This document shows positions 8,534 through 15,379 of a stretch of DNA of 20,000 nucleotides, piece after piece. Below the pieces are notes generated by a model. It made no database searches, was not told where the DNA came from, and saw nothing but the letters and a program-made list of their open reading frames with translations. Source of the stretch: an uncultured virus (IMG/VR IMGVR_UViG_3300025789_000021) (taxonomy: Duplodnaviria; Heunggongvirae; Uroviricota; Caudoviricetes); the IMG/VR virus record IMGVR_UViG_3300025789_000021; one strand, given 5' to 3'. The number at the start of each line of letters is the position of its first letter. The first letter of the stretch is position 1. A program made the position numbers and the translations under genes.

Positions 8534-8816
8534 AATTACTGAAAAGAATATGGTTTGGAAAAATCTTATGGAGTTTGACTTTGACTTTGATACAGAATAT
8601 AACAATGCAGAAAATTTCTCACGAATAGTACTTAAGGTTAAACACCGAAACAAATATCAGATAGCACATGAGTTAATGGATCACTTCAATAGCCGCGCCA
8701 AAGATTTCATTGATGCTAACCCATTTGATCCTACTGACCCAGATATCATTGCGCTACAAAATAAAGTGAGAAAGATGATTGCCAATTTGAATCAACTTGC
8801 TACGCAACTTATTTAA
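8520..8816 (+). CDS. Hypothetical helical protein with MKINEITE leader (candidate internal head protein)
   Basis: 98-aa ORF in the operon; its N-terminal motif is shared with neighbouring genes. Confidence 0.7.
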   Translation: MKINEITEKNMVWKNLMEFDFDFDTEYNNAENFSRIVLKVKHRNKYQIAHELMDHFNSRAKDFIDANPFDPTDPDIIALQNKVRKMIANLNQLATQLI

Positions 8817-8829
8817 AGGAAAAGATGAA

Positions 8830-9084
8830 ATGAAAGACAATGAGTGTGTTGAAATCCTTGAAGACGGAACAGTATATTACTTTGATCTGGATGTATGCAA
8901 CAGAGAAGCAGAAAAGGCAATTGAAGAACTTCACATGAAAGAAGGAGTACTTCCAAACTTTGACTATACTTCATCAATTTTCACTCTCTTTATAAGTTCC
9001 ATTCAAATCCTTAGTCAGTCTGGCTGGACAACGGATGAATTACTACAGGAAGTTCTGAACCATTCAGAAGCCGAAGATGAGTAA
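8830..9084 (+). CDS. Small acidic hypothetical protein, 84 aa
   Basis: ATG 8830 follows AAGGA (8816-8820); its stop overlaps the next start (TAATG). Confidence 0.7.
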   Translation: MKDNECVEILEDGTVYYFDLDVCNREAEKAIEELHMKEGVLPNFDYTSSIFTLFISSIQILSQSGWTTDELLQEVLNHSEAEDE

Positions 9085-9638
9085 TGAAAATCAGTGAAAT
9101 GACAATGAGAGGACCAGACCTCTCAAAACAGGCAGAACAATTTGTACAAAACAATAAAGACCAATGGTATAAAAATGGTAAACATGTAGCAGACATTGAA
9201 GACTTTAAAGTCTTACATGATGGTAGTAACTATTATTCATTGTGGGATGATACAGCTTTCGTGGCATGTTGTTCGCTAACAGACGAGAACACCGTAGATA
9301 ACGTTTATGTTAGTCCAGATTACAGAGGCAAGAAGATTTTGTCAATGTTATTGTGGTTTTTTAAGACCAGACTAAATCGTTCACCATTAATTTTGGGTAG
9401 TGTTCATTCTAAGGATATGCAGGAAGTTATCAAGGGACTATCACGTTTTAACAAATACTGGCACAATGTGAATACCGGAGAGAATGCGCCTTTTAGTATA
9501 GACACACTGGATAAATTTTATAGCTATGTAGAGGTCACACCATGGCGTCTCGTATTGGAAAATGACGGTGAGTTTAACTGGCCGATGTATAATGGTGGTG
9601 GATTTGTTAAGGAGGCATATGAGCCATACATAGACTAA
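9084..9638 (+). CDS. GNAT-fold acetyltransferase-like protein with MKISE leader
   Basis: VDNVYVSPDYRGKKILSMLL resembles GNAT motif A (V-x-P-x-Y-R-G-x-G, second Gly replaced), preceded by beta-strands YYSLWD..FVACCSL. Confidence 0.6.
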   Translation: MKISEMTMRGPDLSKQAEQFVQNNKDQWYKNGKHVADIEDFKVLHDGSNYYSLWDDTAFVACCSLTDENTVDNVYVSPDYRGKKILSMLLWFFKTRLNRSPLILGSVHSKDMQEVIKGLSRFNKYWHNVNTGENAPFSIDTLDKFYSYVEVTPWRLVLENDGEFNWPMYNGGGFVKEAYEPYID

Positions 9639-9641
9639 ATA
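9636..9641 (+). promoter_or_regulatory. Late promoter motif TAAATA overlapping the GNAT stop codon, 4 nt before kinase 1 ATG
   Basis: GACTAAATACATCATG; no Shine-Dalgarno sequence near the ATG. Confidence 0.6.
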
Positions 9642-9645
9642 CATC

Positions 9646-10206
9646 ATGCGTATATCAGAACTCCTCACAGAATCAGAAATCTTGGATGAAATCAGTCGTC
9701 CTCATTTAATGGATGCAAGAGATATTCTTAGAAGAGCCGGATACAAACAATTAGGTTCCGGAACCTTTGCATATGTATACGCTAAACAGGATGCTCCAAA
9801 TTGTCTTAAACTATTTGTAGCAAAGGACACGGCCTATATTGAATTTATTAATCTTGCAATGAGTAATCCCAATCCGCACTTTCCTAAGTTTAAAGGTAAG
9901 TTGATGAAGATAACAAATCATTACTACGCCATTCAAATGGAAAGATTATCTCCCATTGACTATGTAGAAATGCGTACTATGATGTACGCAATTGACAATT
10001 ATACCTCTGATATTTACTATAGTGGCAAGGCAAGTGATGCTTCTTTAGCAAACATGGAAGAAGTTGAAAAGAAGCAGCCGGGAATTACTAAAGCTTGCGA
10101 GGCTATAGCAACAACCATCACGCGTGGAAGATCGTTAGATATGCACCGTGGAAACTTCATGATGCGTGGAAATGTTCTGGTTATTACTGATCCGGTGGCA
10201 TGTTAA
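9646..10206 (+). CDS. Protein kinase 1, resembling the T7 gp0.7 catalytic domain
   Basis: Gly-loop LGSGTFAYVY, catalytic Lys in CLKLF, hinge IQMERL, catalytic loop DMHRGNFM, and terminal ITDPV. Confidence 0.85.
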   Translation: MRISELLTESEILDEISRPHLMDARDILRRAGYKQLGSGTFAYVYAKQDAPNCLKLFVAKDTAYIEFINLAMSNPNPHFPKFKGKLMKITNHYYAIQMERLSPIDYVEMRTMMYAIDNYTSDIYYSGKASDASLANMEEVEKKQPGITKACEAIATTITRGRSLDMHRGNFMMRGNVLVITDPVAC

Positions 10207-10458
10207 TATGAAAATAACAGAACTCCTCACAGAATCAGAGATATTGGACGAAATAAGCCGACCAAAACGTTCAGAAGCACATAATATTCTTATGAATGCA
10301 GGCTATGAAATGTTGGGTTATGGAATATTTGCTAATGTGTATGCTAAGCCCGGTGAAAATGGTGTCCTCAAACTTTTTGATTCCGAAGACGAAGCATATC
10401 AGAAATTTGTTTATATGGCAATGAGTAATCCCAATCCGCACTTTCCTAAGTTTAAAGG
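9656..10458 (+). repeat. Identical DNA blocks shared by the two kinase genes (offset 562 bp)
   Basis: 22-mer CAGAACTCCTCACAGAATCAGA at 9656-9677 and 10218-10239; 41-mer GCAATGAGTAATCCCAATCCGCACTTTCCTAAGTTTAAAGG at 9856-9896 and 10418-10458. Confidence 0.92.
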
Positions 10459-10777
10459 CAAGATGATGAAGATAACGGACGAATACTACGCGATTCGTAT
10501 GGAAAAATTGACTCCTTTACCCGATACACCAGATACTGCATCATATGCAAAAAAGATTTCAGCATATGTTAAACTGATACAGAACAAATCGGGGCGAATA
10601 CGATCTGATGCCGACGAATTGATAAGTGATATTGACGAGATTGAAAAAGAACAGCCCGGAATTAAATATGCCTGTAATATGATTGGGAACAGGTTTAAAG
10701 AAGAAATCATAGACATTCACAACGATAATATCATGCTGCGAGGAAACATATTGGTTATAACTGATCCAGTTATCTAA
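10208..10777 (+). CDS. Protein kinase 2, tandem paralogue of kinase 1
   Basis: Start moved to ATG 10208 (MKITELLTESEILDEISRP, aligned with kinase 1). Motifs LGYGIFANVY, VLKLF, IRMEKL, DIHNDNIM and ITDPV. Confidence 0.85.
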   Translation: MKITELLTESEILDEISRPKRSEAHNILMNAGYEMLGYGIFANVYAKPGENGVLKLFDSEDEAYQKFVYMAMSNPNPHFPKFKGKMMKITDEYYAIRMEKLTPLPDTPDTASYAKKISAYVKLIQNKSGRIRSDADELISDIDEIEKEQPGIKYACNMIGNRFKEEIIDIHNDNIMLRGNILVITDPVI

Positions 10778-10788
10778 CCGTTTCGCGA

Positions 10789-10828
10789 TTGTCTTTGCAC
10801 TTCCTTAAATTTATACTAAGGCTAAATA
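10789..10828 (+). promoter_or_regulatory. Late motif TAAATA (10823-10828), preceded by a possible sigma70-like TTGTCT-17-TATACT
   Basis: TTGTCT at 10789-10794, TATACT at 10812-10817, then GCTAAATA. The sigma70 match may be chance in AT-rich DNA. Confidence 0.5.
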
Positions 10829-10853
10829 CAGTATAAGATAATGGAAGCAATAC

Positions 10854-12293
10854 ATGACATCACAGCCCTTTAACTCATTGAGTGGTTATACAGCAGGAAT
10901 TCCTCCAGTAAGAATAGTAGATGGCAACGGAAATGTTGTTACCAACGTCTTTACTTCTGGAAACGTTGCCGCTGGTGCCTTCTATTCTAATGATTATTTT
11001 TTAGCAAATGGTGCACCCTTTTCGGCTCCTGCTGGAGGCTCAAATACACAGATTCAATTTAATAATAATGGAATAAGTGGTGGTATTCCAAGCGTTACGT
11101 GGAATGGAAGTAAAATAAGTTTAGGTAACGTATCTAATGTTTCAATTGGTGGTGGTCTTAACGGCTATTTTTTACAGACTGATGGTTCTGGAAATCTAAC
11201 ATGGTCTCTCGGAGGAAGTGGAGGAAATGGATCACCGGGTGGTTCTAACACACAAGTCCAGTTTAATCAAAATGGTGCATTTGCTGGTGCTTCCGGGTTC
11301 ACATATAATACGAATAATAACACACTTTCTGTCACAGGAATAATAAATGCAGCAAATCTTGTTGCAACAAACATAAACACAACCGGAAATATCGTTAGTA
11401 ACTATTTTTCTGGCAATGGGGCAGGACTTACTGGAATTACAACACAATATGCAAATTACGTAACATCAAATTCCCAGCCAAACATTACCAGCACTGGAAC
11501 GCTAACAAACCTTTCAGTTTCAGGAAATATCATATCTTCACAGTATGTGAGTGCGGCAAATATCCAAACGGGTGGACAGACACAGACCGGAACATTAGTA
11601 GTTACCAATAATACTACCTTAAACGGCACTACGATTGGTCTTGGGCAGATAAACTTTACGAACTCGCCAAATATTTCACTCGGTCCAATCTCAAATTTGC
11701 ATATTTCTGGTGGTCTTAATGGCTATGTTCTCACTACCGATGGATTAGGCAATTTAAGTTGGGAAGTCGGCGGCGGGGGCGGCGGGGGAAACACTTCTCC
11801 CGGTGGGTCAAACTCACAGGTCCAGTTCAATTCAAATGGATTGTTTGGTGGAAGCCCATATCTTACATATGATAATTTTGCGCATGCTCTTACCGTTGGT
11901 GGAAACTTAATTGCAAATGCATTACAAATTGGTTCTGGTGTATATGAATTCTCAACATCAGAGGTCTATTTTGCGTCAACTGTTAGCACAACTCCCAATC
12001 AAGTATTGTTTAGTATTCCGGTACAAAACATATCTGGTGTAGATTTCCATATTATTGCTACTGATACAATTGCCAACACAAGACAGTCAGCTAAAATTTC
12101 ATCTTTATATTACGCCGGAATGGTATCTTATACTGAATATGCAGGCTTACAAATCAATGGCGGAGTTGGGCAATTTGACGTTACTTATTATGCCGGAAAT
12201 GTTATAACTCCCCCTGCCGTGCAGCTTTTGGTTAATCCAGATACGTCAAACTCCATTGTATATAGAATGCAAATCACCGTATATGCTGGATAA
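10854..12293 (+). CDS. Virion fibre / structural protein 1
   Basis: 479 aa, G/N/S/T-rich. Three GGSN(T/S)Q(I/V)QFNxNG repeats, two GGLNGYxLxTDGxGNLxW repeats, and a beta-rich C-terminal domain. Confidence 0.8.
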   Translation: MTSQPFNSLSGYTAGIPPVRIVDGNGNVVTNVFTSGNVAAGAFYSNDYFLANGAPFSAPAGGSNTQIQFNNNGISGGIPSVTWNGSKISLGNVSNVSIGGGLNGYFLQTDGSGNLTWSLGGSGGNGSPGGSNTQVQFNQNGAFAGASGFTYNTNNNTLSVTGIINAANLVATNINTTGNIVSNYFSGNGAGLTGITTQYANYVTSNSQPNITSTGTLTNLSVSGNIISSQYVSAANIQTGGQTQTGTLVVTNNTTLNGTTIGLGQINFTNSPNISLGPISNLHISGGLNGYVLTTDGLGNLSWEVGGGGGGGNTSPGGSNSQVQFNSNGLFGGSPYLTYDNFAHALTVGGNLIANALQIGSGVYEFSTSEVYFASTVSTTPNQVLFSIPVQNISGVDFHIIATDTIANTRQSAKISSLYYAGMVSYTEYAGLQINGGVGQFDVTYYAGNVITPPAVQLLVNPDTSNSIVYRMQITVYAG

Positions 12294-12304
12294 GACCATA
12301 AAGA

Positions 12305-12310
12305 TAAATA
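12305..12310 (+). promoter_or_regulatory. Late promoter motif TAAATA
   Basis: GATAAATA in the 40-bp gap before fibre 2, followed by an AAGGA RBS. Confidence 0.6.
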
Positions 12311-12333
12311 ATTAGATAAAGGAATAAGCAAAA

Positions 12334-15300
12334 ATGGCAGTTAGACCCTTAAATTCAGTAGCAGGATTCTCAGTAGGAGAATATCCGTATTCGACTGTTA
12401 TTCTGGCTAACGGGGATGTCACTACCAATAACATTTCCACAACTGGCCTCGCAAATCTTAATGTGATTGGAAATGTAAAAATTAGTGGTGGTATCTCTGG
12501 ACAAGTGATTACCACTGATGGTTTAGGAAATCTGTCATTTACGTCAATAAGCACTAACAGCCTGAATAGCGGAACCAGTAATATTCAAGTAATCAATAGT
12601 GGCAACATCACTATGAGTAGTGCAGGTGCATCTAACGTAGTTGTTGTTACCGCTTCTGGAATATATGTAAATGGCGTGGTCACAGGAAATGGTTCCGGAC
12701 TGTCATCTATTAATGGTTCAAACGTTGTTGGTTCGGTGTCAAACGCCACTGCTGCTAACTCATTCCTCACCAACTCTTCAGTGGCAACCACTGCATATCC
12801 TACATTTGTAACTGTTGGATCAAATGGTTGGTTCAGTGCTGTTACGTCAACCGGCATTAACGCTAATTTAGCAAATAACTCAATTACTGCTTCACAGTTC
12901 GTGGGTAGTCTTAATGGTAACGTAGTTGCTAACGGTGTGAATGGCTATGTTACTGCTAACAATTTCAACGTTTCGGGTCAAGTAATTGGCAATAGCAATG
13001 TTCAAATTGTTACTTCTAATTTTGGCATTCGTTCAGTATCTTCAACATATATAGATAATATCGCAACGCCAAGTTCAACTATAGCGAATGCCGCGATTCA
13101 TGCGATTGCCGCGCCGACACTTGCGGCAGCAAACACTGCGATTGTTGCAACAAACGCAGCAACATTCTTTATTCAGGGTGCACCTATTGCTACTGGCAAT
13201 ATGACTATTACCAATCCATATGCACTGTTTGTTGGAAATGGAAATGTTTATTTTGCAAATGGACTCAACGTATCAGGAAATGCTAATGCAGGTAATATTG
13301 GCGCTGCAACTGGTGTATTTTCAACTTCCGTTAATACCGGAATTGTTCAGAATGGCAGTTCTAATGTGGCGATTGCTGCTGGCGGTAATATTAACCACTA
13401 TGTTGGTGGGAACGCTACCTCTCAATTGGTAGTTTCCGCAACCGGTGTAAACGCAGCAGGTTATATAAATGCTTCTGGTAATATCGTTACTGGTTCGAAT
13501 GTTATATCCAACTCCGTTTTAAGCACAGGCGCGATTACAATCGCAACTGGTGCTAACGGAAATATCAATCTTTCTCCTAATGGAAATGGTAATATCACTG
13601 TTGCCAATAGATATATTAATAACCTGTCCGATCCAATTAATCTTCAAGATGCTGCCACAAAAAATTACGTAGATACTACAGCACAAGGTTTGGACGTTAA
13701 GCAAAATGTTACTCTTGCAACTGCCGGAATACTTCCATCCTATACGTATAACAACGGATCAAGCGGAATCGGCGCGACCCTAACAGGCACCGCAAATGCT
13801 ACATTAACTATTGATAGTACTGCGGTCACCGCAAATGCTCGTGTGTTGATCAAAAATGAAGCCGGTGCAAATGCGCCATATAACGGTATCTATTTGGTAT
13901 CTAATACAGGTAACTCAACATCGGCATATGTTCTTACTCGTACCACCGACTTCGACCTAAATTCACCAAGCGCCCAAATTCCGGGTGCATTTACGTTTGT
14001 TACTGGCGGAACTACAAATGGTAATACGGGCTGGGTATGTACTACTCCGGCTCCAATTACACTTGGTACAACAAATATTACGTTTAGTCAGTTCTCTGGT
14101 GCTGGTACATATACTGCCGGAACCGGATTAACATTAACTGGAACAGTATTCAGTATTAGCAATACTTCTGTAACTTCTGGAAGTTACGGGACGGGTGATC
14201 GCGTCGCATCATTCACTGTAAATCAACAGGGTCAATTGACTGCTGCATCAAATACTCCGATTACGGCAAATGCTGCCAATTTAAGTGGAACCGTTCTTTC
14301 ATCAACAGTTGTCACATCAAGTCTGACATCAGTTGGTAATCTCACATCACTGGTAGTATCAGGAAATACCACTTCCAGCAATGCAAATATCACAGGAACA
14401 TTAACTGGAAATATCATCAGTGCTTCTGGTAATATTTCCGGTGCCAACTTAGTTGCAAACACTGGAGTATACGCAGGTAATACCGTTGGTAGAGCATTTA
14501 TTGGATATGATAGTGCAAACCTATCAGTTGCCGAATTTGCTGGAAACGTAAATAATTATATTGCAGTGTCAATGTTTAACTCAAATACAGGAACACAGGC
14601 GACGGCAGACTTTGCGATATATGATACTACTGGTCCTTTAAGTACAAATAATAATTTCATTGATATTGGTATTCTCGGTAATAATTATAGTAATGCCAAT
14701 TGGACTATCAATAATCCGTCAGACGCGTACATTTATACTGGAAATACAAACCTATCTATTGGTACTCAATCATTAGGTGGTGGACAAAATTATATCAACT
14801 TCTTTACTGGAGGCGGTCTTGCATCAAATGAGCGCATGCGCATTGATGCAAATGGAAATATCGGTATTGGTAACACATCACCAACCAATACTCTTTCTGT
14901 AACTGGAACAGCATATGTTTCAGGTAATTTAAGAGTAGGAAATCTAAGTGCATCCATCGCCAATCTTACTGGTGCGAATATTTCTAACAATCTCATATTA
15001 GGAAACTCAACCTCAACTACAGGAATTACTTGGGGAAGTGTAACAACTACGTCAGTTACTGCTAACCAAGCAATCGCAAGTATTCCAGTAACTGGAATAA
15101 CTGGCGTTGAGTTCTTGGTCAAAGGTGTTGACCAAAATGGTATCGCCAATAAGTATAGTTTTTCTGGAATTCACGCAGTGACTGATGGTGTAAATAGCGA
15201 TTGGTCAGCGTTTGGTGGGGTTTCGTTAGGTGGATATACTGGGTCATTTTCTGTTGCCGTATCTGGCTCCTTACTAAAATTACAAGTAACGCCAGCAAGT

Positions 15301-15342
15301 AGTAACTCTACGGTTTGGACTACTCAATATAGATACCTATAA
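12334..15342 (+). CDS. Long fibre protein 2
   Basis: 1002 aa. Contains the trimeric neck motif INNLSDPINLQDAATKNYVD, a common fibre module (RVLIKNE..NGIY..LTRTTDFD..GAFTFVTGG), an ERMRIDANGNIGIG beta repeat, and a C-terminal domain paralogous to that of fibre 1. Confidence 0.85.
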   Translation: MAVRPLNSVAGFSVGEYPYSTVILANGDVTTNNISTTGLANLNVIGNVKISGGISGQVITTDGLGNLSFTSISTNSLNSGTSNIQVINSGNITMSSAGASNVVVVTASGIYVNGVVTGNGSGLSSINGSNVVGSVSNATAANSFLTNSSVATTAYPTFVTVGSNGWFSAVTSTGINANLANNSITASQFVGSLNGNVVANGVNGYVTANNFNVSGQVIGNSNVQIVTSNFGIRSVSSTYIDNIATPSSTIANAAIHAIAAPTLAAANTAIVATNAATFFIQGAPIATGNMTITNPYALFVGNGNVYFANGLNVSGNANAGNIGAATGVFSTSVNTGIVQNGSSNVAIAAGGNINHYVGGNATSQLVVSATGVNAAGYINASGNIVTGSNVISNSVLSTGAITIATGANGNINLSPNGNGNITVANRYINNLSDPINLQDAATKNYVDTTAQGLDVKQNVTLATAGILPSYTYNNGSSGIGATLTGTANATLTIDSTAVTANARVLIKNEAGANAPYNGIYLVSNTGNSTSAYVLTRTTDFDLNSPSAQIPGAFTFVTGGTTNGNTGWVCTTPAPITLGTTNITFSQFSGAGTYTAGTGLTLTGTVFSISNTSVTSGSYGTGDRVASFTVNQQGQLTAASNTPITANAANLSGTVLSSTVVTSSLTSVGNLTSLVVSGNTTSSNANITGTLTGNIISASGNISGANLVANTGVYAGNTVGRAFIGYDSANLSVAEFAGNVNNYIAVSMFNSNTGTQATADFAIYDTTGPLSTNNNFIDIGILGNNYSNANWTINNPSDAYIYTGNTNLSIGTQSLGGGQNYINFFTGGGLASNERMRIDANGNIGIGNTSPTNTLSVTGTAYVSGNLRVGNLSASIANLTGANISNNLILGNSTSTTGITWGSVTTTSVTANQAIASIPVTGITGVEFLVKGVDQNGIANKYSFSGIHAVTDGVNSDWSAFGGVSLGGYTGSFSVAVSGSLLKLQVTPASSNSTVWTTQYRYL

Positions 15343-15352
15343 TTTAAACTGA

Positions 15353-15358
15353 TAAATA
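15353..15358 (+). promoter_or_regulatory. Late promoter motif TAAATA
   Basis: GATAAATA before fibre 3; a second TAAATA (15374-15379) abuts the ATG. Confidence 0.6.
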
Positions 15359-15379
15359 ATCACAGAGTGTAGGTAAATA

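Noticed and set aside
10166..10207. Track start of kinase 2 at 10166
   Set aside because: It overlaps the end of kinase 1; alignment with the paralogue fixes the start at 10208.
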